DNA of 64,000 nucleotides from Octopus vulgaris (taxonomy: Eukaryota): NCBI GenBank assembly GCA_951406725.2, contig OX597826.1, positions 25,358,001 through 25,422,000 on the forward strand. Direction: 5' to 3'. Below the pieces are notes generated by a model. That model saw only the letters and a program-made list of their open reading frames with translations. It was not told where the DNA came from and did no database searches. Made by a program: the position numbers and the translations under genes. Below are positions 38,913 through 53,466 of the stretch, piece after piece. The first letter of the stretch is position 1, and the number at the start of each line of letters is the position of its first letter.

Positions 38913-41559
38913 CTAAGAAGGGCTTGTTTCACTTTCCATTTACCAAATCCACTTACAAGCCATTGGTTGGAGTACAGCTATAGTAGAAAACACTTGCTAA
39001 AGGTGCCACACAGTGTGACTGAACCCAAAATCACGTGGTTCAAAAGTGAGCTTTAAAACCACATGGCCATGCCTGTACATTGACACAAAGTTACAAAAGT
39101 GGCTCAAGGGCTGAGTGTTCCATACATGGCATGAAACTCTCAGCCACTGAGTTGGCAGAAAGATACACTTACAACTTTCTGACAGTCCTATCTACTACAG
39201 GCTGTGCAGGGCTTCAAACCTAGGGGAGCGGGGAGTTAGTCAATTACATTGATTCTCAGTACTCAACTGGTACTTATCTTATTGACCCCAAAAGGATGAA
39301 AGGCAAAGTTGACCGCAGCAGAATTTGAACTCAGAATGTGAAGGCAGATGAAATGCTGCTAAGCATTTTGCTTGGTGTGGTAACAATTCTGCCAGCTAAA
39401 AATAAAAAGTATATTTGCTTAAGAACATGTGGTGCCCCTGATGGTCACAGGTATTGCAAGGGAGATAATCATTTCTTCATAATTTGAGGTGGGATTAGGA
39501 ATTTGAATTTCAAATAAAGGAACTATAAGGAAAAAGATTCATATAATCCATTTTTTTTTGTTTACTTTATATACACGTAAATATACATTATCTATCTGTC
39601 TGTCTCTTTATATATATATAATAAGCACAGAAAGAGGTGTGGTATTCAAAGGTCTATAGGAGATACACGTGTTTCACCAAAATGCAGAAATAATTACATA
39701 ATAATGTAGGAATATAGTGCAATCCTGTATTGCAATTCATCATTATGGGTGCCAGTTATGTAACACTGGCATCAGCTACAACTATGATCTCAGTTGGCTT
39801 GACAGGTCTTCTCAAAGCATGGTACATCACCAAAGGTCTCAGTTACCTGTCACTGCCTTCATGGGGCCCAACACTAGAATGGTACTTTTTACGTGCCACC
39901 AGCACTGGCATTGGCCATGATTATGATTTCACTTGACTTAGCATATTGCCCAATGTTCGAAGGGTGCCTCTTATGTGCCAGTTATGCGACACTGACATCA
40001 GCCAAAGCTAAAATCTCACTTGGCTTGATGGGTCTTCTCAAGAACATAAAGAGACATGAAATGCTGCTAAGCATTTTGCCTGGGGTGCTAACAGTTCTAT
40101 CAACTCACACCATAATAACAACAACAACAACAACAATTCAAAATTTGGCACGAGGCCAGCAAACTGTTTCAAGTTTAAAAAAAAAAGGGGGGGGGTTAAA
40201 TCAATTCACATTGACATCCAGTACTTGATCAGTACTTTAGTTTATATTTATCTCCCCTACAACCCAAAGGGACACATTAGATGATGTAATTCTAGATTTA
40301 TTATGTCTGAAAGTGAAAAAAGAAAAAAAAAAAGGCAAGACAGTCATTGTTGGGTTGTCTTTACTCATAAGTGACTTTTAAACATTTCATATTTATTCAT
40401 TGCTTGATAACATAATTTCCAAAGTCAAACGACATAAATTGTTGCTTAATTGGAGGGGGTGGGGTAGAAAGAAGGGAGAGATATAATTAAAAATCAATGA
40501 CAGTCGTTGTGTTTCTTTGAAATAATGAATTTTTAATTATTTTTTTTTCTATCTTTCGTTCACTTTTCTAAACGTAAATATGTTTTCTATGAAGAAACGA
40601 GGTCATGCTTGGAATAATACAGCAACTGTTGTTACTATGTAATGTGTGTGTGTGTGGTTGTATGCTTGAGTGTATATATGTTTGTTACTGTCAGTGAGTG
40701 TGTCTATGTCGGTATACATATGTGTGTGTGTGTATATGTATATATGTAGAGATAGAAATAGACAGACATACATACACATATGCATCTAAGTGTGCATACA
40801 AATGTCTGTGTGTACATACATGCGTATGTATGTATGTATGTATGTGTGTGGAGAGAAAGAGAGAGAAAGGGGGATACTGAAATATGTAAAACAAAAAAAA
40901 AAGAAAGAAAAAAAGAAGAAATATCAACAGAAGCTATTTAATTGCACATCTCCCAGTGTAACATGTAATACATGAAAAGGCAACATTAGGACACAACATG
41001 AGGGATGTCTTTTTAGTTTCATTACCTTTTTGTTATCTGTCTATCTGTTTGTCAATTTGCCTTTCAGTGTGTATGTGTGTGTGTGTGTGTCTGTCCATTT
41101 ATCTATCTCTCTGCCTGTCTATGTATCTGTCTTTCATTTTATTTTCCTATCTGCCTGACTTTCATTCCATCTTTTTATGTGTCTACCTGTCCATCTGTCT
41201 GTCTGTCTTTCAATTTATTTTCCTATCTGCCCGACTTTCATTCCATCTTTTTATCTGCCTATCTGTTTATCTGCCAGTCATATCATCTTTTTTATCTATC
41301 TGTCCATCTGTTTCTCTTTCTATTTCTTTCTGAGTGGGTCATCAGCAATATGCATAAATGGAGACACTGGCCTATATACAGTGTTTATTTTTAATTCTTG
41401 CTTGCGGTAGAGTTAGTAGATCATGAGTGAGCATATTAATTTCCTTTCGTTACACTATATAAGGGAGAAACAAAATAAGATAACAATGGTATTTTAGATT
41501 GAGTAAAAGAAAGAAACAACAACAAAAAAGAAAGAAATGCTATGCAATACTAATAAATT

Positions 41560-42139
41560 GGTCATGTTGACCCAAGGGCCAGAAACTGAGTTGATTAACT
41601 TGGTATTTTTTTTTATATACATGTTGACCCTGGAGGAATGAAGTGATGTAGGATGAAGCAACAGGGTTTATGGGCTGAGCACCATTTGAACTCTACCACT
41701 CCATGTAACCTAAATTATAATGGTTTCTTATTTAGACATAAGGGAAAAGGGAAGGGGTTAATTGGTATCACTGACCCCAGTAGTTGACTGATTGCAGCTT
41801 CATTTTGTTGACCTTGGAGGGGAAAAAAGGCACATTTGACCCTGCTAGAATCTAAAGAGCTGGAACAGATGCCACCAGGTGCACTTTATGATACTCTAAT
41901 GATTTCAAAACAATAAGAATTGCTTTAAATTCTGGCATAAGACCAGTGGTCTTAAGGGTATAGTGATCCCAGTGCTTGACTGGTAATTTATTTTATCAAG
42001 GACAAAAAGGAAGTCAACTTTGGAGGAATTTGAAGTCAAATGTAAAACTGGAAGAAAATGCCACTAAGCCATAATAATAATAATGCCGATGATAATAATA
42101 ATAATAATAACAAAAAAAAATAATAATAATAACAATAAC

Positions 42140-42170
<31 letters not shown>

Positions 42171-42820
42171 GTAATAATTATAAGGTGAGCGAGCTGGCAG
42201 AAACGTTAGCACACTGAGCGAAATGCTTAGCAGTATTTTGTCTGTCTTTATGTTCTGAGTTCAAATTCTGAGGTCGACTTTGCCTTTCATCCTTTTGGGG
42301 TCAATAAATTAAGTACCAGTTGTGTACTGGGTTGATCTAATTGACTGGCTCCCTCCCCAGAAATTTCGGGCCTTTTGCCTAGAGTAGAAAAGAATAATAA
42401 TAATCCCTTCTATTAAAGGTACAAGGCCTAAAATTTGGGGTGAGGGGTCTAGTCGATTACATTGACTCCAGTGTCTCACTGGTACTTAATTTAACAACCT
42501 CAAAAGGACGAGAGGCAAAGCTGACCTCAGTGGAATTTGAACTCAGAATGCAGTGATGGGCAAAATACTGCCTAGCATTTTGTCCAACATACTAATGATT
42601 CTGCTACCAATGACATAATGGTTTCAAATTTTACCACAAAACCAGCAGTTTTTGAGGGGAGGGATAAGTTGGTTAGATTGAGCCTAGTTTCTGACTGGTA
42701 CTTATTTTATCAACTCTGAAAGGATGAAATGTAAAGTTGACTTTGGCAGAATTTGAACTCAGAACATAAAGATATTGGTAAGCATTTTGCCTGACGTGCT
42801 AATGGTTCAGCCAATTTATG
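41560..42820. mobile_element. Cluster of SINE family B copies in both orientations with (AAT)n spacers
   Basis: Best copy is 42182-42392 (+). Similar decayed clusters lie at 43365-43700 and 46200-47460. Confidence 0.7.
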
Positions 42821-42859
42821 GTAATGACGATGATGATGATGATGATAATAATAATAATG

Positions 42860-43340
42860 GAAGTGTTATGTACATTGTTTTGCTTTGGTATAAAATATTC
42901 TGCTCAATACCACAGATTTGCTTGTCAGTTGTTTGACCTTAACCAGTTGACCATGTCCCTTAGTGGCTGACGATATGTGCATCTCTGATCCCGAGCAGAA
43001 GTAGTGAGGGAGCCTCATAGCCGTGTGTTGAAAGGAATTCTTAGAGGTTTGGATAATTCACCTTTGGAAACATGGGTGGTTTGTTCAACATTCTTAAACA
43101 ATCCTTATTTAGGGACCTTTTGAGCGAGATGGGCTACTCGGCCAGGAAAAAATTCTAACTGGGCCCCACCTGCAAGGTCATGTGCTGTTTATCTTGATAT
43201 GAGATCACCATGTTGTGCACATATGGTTGTAATGCATGTGCTTAGTGTACCCTTATCAGACGGATAGTCATGATGGGTATACTGGGCATCATATATTTTA
43301 CTCCAGTGTCACTTTGATGGCATGCACTGCTCTCTCACTC
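42860..43340 (+). mobile_element. Unclassified repeat-like segment embedded in (AAT)n, possibly a LINE 3' UTR
   Basis: A block of complex sequence bounded on both sides by (AAT)n, ending ctgctctctcactc-(AAT)n. Confidence 0.35.
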
Positions 43341-44046
43341 AATAATAATAATAACAATAATAATAATCCTTTCTACTATAGTCACAAGGTTTGAAAATTT
43401 GGTGGAGGTGGGGTGGTTCATTATATTGACCCCAGTGTTTCACTGATATTTAATTTATTAACTCCAAAAGGATGAAAGGCAAAATTGACCTCAGCGGAAT
43501 TTGAACTCAGAATGTTGACACTTTAAATGATTCTGTCACTGTCTCACCTTTAATTCTACCATAATTGTTTGTAACATGCAAGGGTTAGCTGATACCAATG
43601 ACCCAGTACTTGAATGGCACTCTACTTTATCAACACAGAAAATATGAAAAAGCATTGACCTTGATGGGATTTGAACCCAGATCACAAAGAACCAGAAGGA
43701 AATGATTAAGAGTGTGATATTAGAGTGGTAAGACAATGGTCAACAAAGCATTATGTCTAATTCTCTGCAGTAATGGTCAAGCCATAGATATTTAAAGTAA
43801 TATCAAAAACAAGATAACAGCTGGTACTTATTGGTTTCAAATTTTGGCACAAGGACAGCAATTTTGCGGGAGGGCATAAGTTGATTACTAAAAAACCCAA
43901 GCGTTTAAGTAGCATTTAAAGAAGGAATCATTACAATAAACCTTTTGTTCATCTTTGACTTCACATTAAACAAAAAGGAAGTGACCACACGAAAGGTCAA
44001 GAATGGGAAGGTTAACATCAACACTACTGTTAAAGTATACAGAATA

Positions 44047-44210
44047 GGCGCAGGAGTGGCTGTGTGGTAAATAACTTGCTTACCAACCACATGGTTCGGG
44101 TTCAGTCCCACTGTGTGGCACCTTGGGCAAGTGTCTTCTACTATAGCCTCAAGCCGACCAAAGCCTTGTGAGTGGATTTGGTAGACGGCAACTGAAAGAA
44201 GCCCGTCGTA

Positions 44211-44301
<91 letters not shown>

Positions 44302-44515
44302 GTGTGTGTGTATATGTTTGTTCTCCCAACATCACTTGACAACTGATGCTGGTGTGTTTACGTCCCCGTAACTAAGCGGCTTGGCAAAAGAGACCGATAG
44401 AATAAGTACTAGGCTTACAAAGAATAAGTCCTGGAGTCGATTTGCTCGACTAAAGGCAGTGCTCCAGCATGGCTGCAGTCAAAGGACTGAAACAAGTAAA
44501 AGAGTAAAGAGAGTA
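44047..44515 (+). mobile_element. SINE family A with long internal (TG)n
   Basis: Full head-to-tail match to the other copies. Confidence 0.88.
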
Positions 44516-44679
44516 GAATGAATTTGTATAAACATATACACATACATATGTACGTAGTCACACAAATACATACACTTAGATAACAGGCCACACATACTGT
44601 ACACAGATCTTGGACACTACACACAAACACACAAATATTAATGAAGACTATTTTCCCCCCCTTTATTTATGAAAAGGTT

Positions 44680-44966
44680 GTGGAGGCACATGGCCTAGTG
44701 GTTAGAGTAGCGGACTCGCAGTCGAGGGATTGTGGGTTCGAATCTCAGACCGAGCGATGTGTGTTCATGAGCGAAACACCTAAGCTCCATGCGGCTCTGG
44801 CAGAATGTAATGGCGAACTTCTGCTGACTCTTTCGCCACAACTTTCTCTCACTCTTTCCTCCTGCATCTTGCAGCTCACCTGCAAGGGACTGGCGTCCGG
44901 TCCAGGTGGGAAACCTATATGCCAAGGAAACCGGAAAAGGCTCGAAAAGGAACAAACAAACAAACA
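44680..44966 (+). mobile_element. tRNA-derived SINE family C with 15-bp TSD
   Basis: Box A tggcctagtgg and box B ggttcgaatc, with an (AAAC)n tail. TSD atttatgaaaaggtt at 44665-44679 and 44967-44981. The 3' body (ctgcgatgg.ctggcgtcc.gtccagg...ggaaaccgg) resembles the Meta-SINE domain as recalled. Confidence 0.88.
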
Positions 44967-45183
44967 ATTTATGAAAAGGTTACTACATGCACAACCACAC
45001 ATATAAACACAGACACACACACAGACACAAGCAATAATATGATGACAGAGGACATGGAGACTGGTACAGCCACAGAGTACGGGCATTCACATAGGCAACT
45101 GGGCATAATTTTCTGTTCCCATACTCTGTGCAGTGGCAACACATATAGCTTGTTGTAACCATAAAAATATGCAGTATGACATC

Positions 45184-45184
<1 letters not shown>

Positions 45185-45265
<81 letters not shown>

Positions 45266-45268
45266 TAA

Positions 45269-45324
<56 letters not shown>

Positions 45325-45353
45325 CAATAATAATAATAAAATAATAATAATAA
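45185..45353. repeat. (AAT)n microsatellite
   Basis: Visible directly. Confidence 0.95.
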
Positions 45354-47662
45354 AAGCGAAATTTTGTCCGTCCATCTGGAACCACTGTATCTCAGTTTAC
45401 TTTTGCTCTACTCTTTACTCTTTCACTTGTTTCAGTCATTTGATTGCAGCCATGCTGGAGCACCGTCTTTAGTCAAGCAAATCAATCCCAGGACTTATTC
45501 TTTGTAAGCCTAGTACTTATTCTATCGGTCTCTTTTGCCGAACTGCTAAGTTATGGGGACGTAAACACACCAGCATCAGTTGTCAGGCAATGTTGGGGAG
45601 ACAAACACAGACACACAAACACATACATACATATATATATATATACATATATATGACGGGCTTCTTTCAGTTTCCGTCTACCAAATCCACTCACAAGTCT
45701 TTGGTCGGCCCAATGAGCAGACTGAATGAAATATTTTGTTCAAGGAATACAATGCACTACCCATTTCAGGAATTGAACTGATAGCCTTATGATCATGTAC
45801 CTAACAATTGTTTCTAACACAAGGCCAGAAATTTGAAGGGATAGGTTAGTGGATTAAATCATCCAGAGTAGGAAAAGATACTTTCCAAATCATAGACTCA
45901 TAGAGCTGGTTTTCCAGTTTCCGTGGCATATATAACTTCCCCCCAGGATATGATGCCAGTCCATTGCAGGTTTACTCATTGCTACCAGCTGAGTGAATGT
46001 TGGAGCAATGTGAAGTGAAGTGTTTTGCCCAAGAACACACCAAGTTGCCTGGTCCAGGAACCGAAACCACAATCTTACAATCATTAATCCAACACCCTAC
46101 TTTATTTTAAAGACCCTGAAGGATGAAAAGAGCAGTGTTGGCAGAACTATTAATGGCATGTTGAACTTCATTGAGAAAAATGGGATATATCCTCACCACA
46201 CCATGACGTCTAAGCCACATATTTCTACCAGCACTTGACATTTTGAGTTCAAATGCTGCTATGGTCAACTTTAACATTTCTTTTTGGTTTTGATAAAATA
46301 AGAACCAATCAAAGATGAAAGGATTAAAGGCAAAATTGGCCACAGTAAGATTTGAACTTATAACAAAACCAATCAAAAGAAATATCACAAGGTATTTTGT
46401 TTGACTTTAAAACGATTCTGCCAATCTACCAGCCTATGACTTTTTACATAGGCATAATGCCAGAAATTTTTGTTGATGATACAGACCCCATATCATGACA
46501 GTAATTTTATTTTATCAATCCCTGAAGAATGGAAAGCAAAGTGTGACCGTGACTGGATTTGAACTCAGAGCATACATAGCTACTACAAATACTACAAGGT
46601 ATTAGCAACAATTGTTTCTAATATAGGCAGCAGGCTGGAAATTTGGAAAGAGTGGGTTAAAGTGATTGAATGAAGCCTAGTATACGACTGGTATGTCATT
46701 TTATTAATCCCAGAATAATGGCTTCAAAAGTCTAACAATTTTAAAGGAGAAGGGAAGATGATTATAAGAACCCCAATGTTCAGCTGGTACTTATTGGTTT
46801 CAAATTTTGGCACAAGGACAGCAATTTTGCGAGAGGGCATAAGTTGATTACTAAAAAACCCAAGCGTTTAAGTAGCATTTAATTTATTGACTCTGAGTGG
46901 TAAAAAAGGAAAAGTTGAGCTTGACAGAATTTGAACCCAGAATGTAAAGAGCAGGAAGAAATGCTTAGCATTTTGTCTGATTCACTAATGATTCTACCAG
47001 CTCACTACCTTATTGGTCCCAAAATAATAAACGGTAAAGGTAATCTTAGCAGGATTTGAACTCAGAATGTTAAAGAAAAGAAGCCCAAACACTGCTAAAG
47101 AATTCTTTCTGATTTTGGCACAAGGTCAGAGATAGCAAGCTGATTACATCAACCCCCAGTACTTCGCTGGTATTTATCTTACTGACCCCAGAAATGATAA
47201 AGGGTGAAGTTGACTTCAGCAGGATTTGAACTTAGCATGCAAAGACCCAGATAAAACACTTAAGTAATTGCTTCAGATTTTGGCTCAAGGCTGGTAATTT
47301 AGAGGAGTCGGGGTGGGTGGGGGTGGCAAGACAACTACATTGACCCCAGTACTTGACTAGTACTTTATTTTATCAAACTCCCTAAAGGATGAAAGCTAGA
47401 GATGACCTCAGTGAAATTTGAACTCAGAAATTAAAGAACCGGATGAAATACCACTAAATAATAATAACAATTATGATGATTTTACTTAAGATTTCACTAA
47501 GCACTTAGGAAATATGACATTGTGAAAGAAACATAGCCATCATCATCATCATCATCGTTGCCATCCTCATAAACATAATCTCCACTGCTTCCTCTTCCCA
47601 CCTCCATTTCACTTAATGGCTTGGTCGGCCACCAGCCACAAGTGGTGTTCATGAACATATCT

Positions 47663-47676
47663 GTTGCTATAGCAAC
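47663..47676. promoter_or_regulatory. Perfect palindromic RFX X-box-like site
   Basis: GTTGCTATAGCAAC in unique sequence. Confidence 0.4.
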
Positions 47677-48690
47677 TATTTGAAGGGTGTGTACTTAACA
47701 TCTTTAAGAAGAACAAGGAAGAATTATCTAAATATTATACTTGCATGCATTCAAAACATAAAACAAACACACACACACTCAGGAATGTACACATATACAG
47801 AAACACATACACACGAGCACATGTTACCACACATGTACGCACTTTCCTGCACACATCTTAAAATAAACAAATGCAAGCACCCATATCCACATATATATAT
47901 GTGTAGATACATACACATGTACATGCACACACACAAATATGCACACGCATGCACTGATACTTATACATATATATAAAAACAGACAGATGTATACACACAC
48001 ACACACACACACACTCATATTACATATATATAAGTATGTATGTACATCCACACAGAAATATAGATAGTTGTAAAAAAAAAAGAAAATTCAGACTTAAACA
48101 CGTGTTCTGGTCATAAAATATATACATATGTATGTATATATATATATATACACACACGCGTACATGACAGGAACTCAAACTACAAAACAGGAAAGCAACT
48201 GTAGTATTATCTGTATATACACAACACAGATATGTATATAAACATGTATACTTATATGAATGCATGGCTATATATATGTGTGTGTGTGTGTTCTTTTATT
48301 CTTTTATGTGTTTCAGTCATTTGACTGGCCATGCTGGAGCACCATCTTTAGTTGAACAACTCATCTACAAGACTTATGTTTTGTAAGCCCAATACTATCG
48401 TTCTGTTTTGCTGAACTGCTAGGTTACAAGGACATAAATGCACAAACATCGTTTCTCAAGTGATGGTGGGATGATAAACACAGACACTCAAACATATACA
48501 TATATATATGATAGATCGTTAGCCACTACACACATTTTTTTCTCTCCTTGTTTTTTTCTGTGTCCCTTTCTGTAGAAGAGCGTAGGCTCGAAACATAAAA
48601 GGCTTTTTCAATTCCTGAGCATTATACTAATACATTGGTTTGTTTTCTACACCACCTGTCTTCGTCTTTTGTTTTTTTCGTGAACTCTTC

Positions 48691-48721
<31 letters not shown>

Positions 48722-48839
48722 CGATGGGCTTCTTTCAGTTTCCATCTACCAAATCCACTCACAAGGCTTTGGTCAGCCTGAGGCTATAGTAGAAGACACT
48801 TGCCCAAGATGCCACACAGTGGGACTGAACCCATAACCT

Positions 48840-49125
48840 TTTATCTTTTATGGGTTTCAGACAGAGGCTGAGGCCATGCTGGTGCACCACTTTTACTTCA
48901 TCTGGGGATTTTTTCAGTATTGCTTCTGGATAAGTAGCAAGTTGGATGTCGGTGCTCTTCTTTGTGCTTCCTGCTGTGATGTGGGTTCATCCAGAATTGC
49001 GGATAAAAAACTGCCTTGATGTTTTTTGAAGACTTCCATGTCTACACCTTGCAGATCCCTGATGTTCTGTGGTAGGGCATTAAAAAGTTGTGGTCCCTTG
49101 AATCCCAAGCTATTACGATATTGGG
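48840..49125 (-). mobile_element. 3' fragment of the CR1-group LINE family
   Basis: GFKGPQLFNALPQNIRDLQGVDMEVFK...DEPTS aligns with the C-terminus of the ORF ending at 55448. It shares the ggtgc.ccagcatggcc tail. Confidence 0.8.
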
Positions 49126-49160
49126 GTCATAACTATATATGTATATATACATACACACAC

Positions 49161-49199
<39 letters not shown>

Positions 49200-49209
49200 C
49201 ACATACATA

Positions 49210-50080
49210 CAGGATGCAACGGATAATTTGTCATCATTTTATATTTTTAATTTTACACATGCACATTGTTTTTGATTTTGTTGGCAACACTGTATAGTAG
49301 GGTCAGTTGGGCACTGTCTGTAAGAAAAAAAAAAGCACCATGAAACAATTCACTCAACCAGAAATTTGGAAACAGCATGCTGTACTGCTTGGCATTTGTG
49401 CCGGAAGCTCCAATACAAACATTTCAGAGTGTTTGGGTGTCAATCCGAGGACATGTAAGAAGCATGATAAAAATCAAACAACCAGTCTACATCATAATGT
49501 TTAGAGTGATCACTAGTGATGACAATGTTATGCCTTCATTCATCCTCCCACACGGCATCACAATCAACATGGCGGCCTACATCATATGCCTGGAGGAGGT
49601 AGTGATGCCTGGGTCAAGAGGGTGGCTGCTCGAAGACCCTATATCTGACAACATGACTCTGCACCATGTCACACATACAGGAGAAACCAGTCGTGGCTGT
49701 CAGACAATTTCTACGACTACATCAACCCTAACATCTGGCCACCAAACTCCCCAGACTGCAACCCCCTTGATTATTATGTGTGGGGTGCAGTCGAGTGAGA
49801 AACCAACAAAACTCCTTATAACACCAAAGATGAACTGAAGGCAAGGATTATGGAAGCATTCACGAACTTAAACAAGGAATCCATCCAGAAGAGCTGCAGT
49901 AGATTCTGAAGTCACCTGGAGGCTGTGGTCGAAACTAATGGCGGTTTTACTGAATAAATTTACTCCTTAGTATTTCAAGAGGTTTTAATGTAATTTTGGT
50001 AAATATATCTGTTAAAATGAGACGTCAGTGTTATTTTCATTTTTGCGTAATTTAGACAACAGTTTAATCACCGCACTCTG
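49210..50080 (+). mobile_element. Decayed, internally deleted Tc1/mariner element (DD37D/maT-like)
   Basis: WPPNSPDCNPLDYYVWGAVE is encoded from 49736. Imperfect TIRs (caggatgcaacggataatttgtc / gacaacagtttaatcaccgcactctg) are flanked by TA. Confidence 0.75.
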
Positions 50081-50135
50081 TACAAACACACAGATATATA
50101 TGCATATATATATATATACACACATATGTATATAC

Positions 50136-50166
<31 letters not shown>

Positions 50167-50725
50167 TATACATACATACATATATACCCACACACACACA
50201 TATATTCACAAATATATACACATATAGAAATATATTCAAATCTACATATAGATGTTCATATATACATATATGCATATACATATATATATATACTTATGTG
50301 TGTATGTATATATATGTGTGCATATATATATGTGTGTGTGCATATATATATATATATACATGAATGTGTAGGCGTAACTATACTGATTGAATTATTTAAA
50401 ACAAAGACAGCTATAAACGATGTGTTAATCAGAATGTATGTGCATATGTGAGAACATGCATGTGTGGGGGGTGGGCGACAGGTGCACGTGTGGGGGGTTC
50501 AGTATTTGTATTTCAATATTCCAGGTTTACACCTGATAAGAAATTGATTTTACATCTCATAATTGCCACATTTATTTCTATCACCTTCGTCTGCTCCACG
50601 TCTACTTAAATTAGTATTTCATGTCTATGCATGTGTATATAATTCTATGTGTGTGTGTACATGTATATATATATATATATATACACATACATATATAGAT
50701 ATATATACATATACACACAGATATA

Positions 50726-50763
<38 letters not shown>

Positions 50764-50765
<2 letters not shown>

Positions 50766-51168
50766 AGCAGGAGTGGCTGTGTGGTAAGTAGCTTGCTAAC
50801 CAACCACATTGTTCTGGGTTCAGTCCTACTGCGTGGCATCTTGGGCAAGTGTCTTCTGCTATAGCTCCGGGCCGACCAATGCCTTGTGAGTGGATTTGGT
50901 AGACGGAAACTGAAAGAAGCCTGTCGTATATATGTATATATACATATATGTGTGTGTGTGTGTTTGTCCCCCTAGCATTGCTTAACAACCGATGCTGGTG
51001 TGTTTACGTCCCCGTCACTTAGCGGTTTGGCAAAAGAGACCGATAGAATAAGTACTGGGCTTACAAAGAATAAGTCCCGGGGTCGATTTGCTCAACTAAA
51101 GGCGGTGCTCCAGCATGGCCGCAGTCAAATGACTGAAACAAATAAAAGAGTAAAAGTGTAAAAGAGTA
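50764..51168 (+). mobile_element. SINE family A, full length, low divergence
   Basis: Near-identical to 17971-18355 and 52656-53064. Confidence 0.9.
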
Positions 51169-51264
51169 TATATACATATGTAAACGTAAAAAAATATACA
51201 AACTGGGACAAGAACGTGAAACATTTAGAAGGTGATATATATATATATAAAAATACATATATAG

Positions 51265-51309
<45 letters not shown>

Positions 51310-52184
51310 TATATAGGTGGGGAGAATTCACAAAAAAACAAAAGACGAAGACAGGTGGTGTAGACAACAAACAGATGTATTAGTTTAACGCTCGGGAAGT
51401 GAAAAAGTCTTTAACGTTTTGAGCCTACGCTCTTCCACAGAAAGGAACACAGAAAGAAACAAGGAGAGAAAATAAAGAATGTGTAGTGACTAGCGATCTA
51501 TCATGGCAAAAGCCGAACAGAAGGTTCATACAGGAGAGCTAGGGAGAAGGGGAGATAATAAAGTAGTGGAGATCCCAAAACGAAGGTGTGCGCATGTGTG
51601 TATAAGAGGGTTTGTATGTGCGTGTGGAAGAGGGCTGGTGATCTTGACATGTGCATGTATGTGCGGAACTGTGGGTCTGGAAAGTGGTCAGTGCTGGTGT
51701 GTGCGTGACATAGATATACATATATATACATACATACACATATATACATATATATGTATATATACATATGTATACATACACATATATACATATGTATACA
51801 TACATATGTACATATACATATATACGGTCATAAAATTTATTTTATACTATTAAGTAATTTAATCTAAACATATCTTAGCACATTAATTCTTTTGAAATAC
51901 CAGGAACAAATTTTTTTAAATATTAAAAAAAAAAAATTTTTTTTAAAACCATAGTGAATTAAAAAATATTCCTTTCATTTTGTTTTTCATATTATTAAAA
52001 ATTACATGTTATTATAACAACAATACACTATTAATCTATGGGTAAATAGCAAAATGATATATTTAGAAAATTTAATCATCACTATTCAAATAGCAAATAA
52101 TATTATAAATTACATTGCATTAATTATTTATAATAATCATTACCAAAAATCAAAGATTAATAATTAATATATACAGGTGCATGC

Positions 52185-53466
<1,282 letters not shown>

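Noticed and set aside
44681-44752. tRNA gene
   Set aside because: Boxes A and B are present, but there is no proper acceptor or anticodon stem. The sequence continues into a repeated body with tail and TSD, so it is a SINE head.
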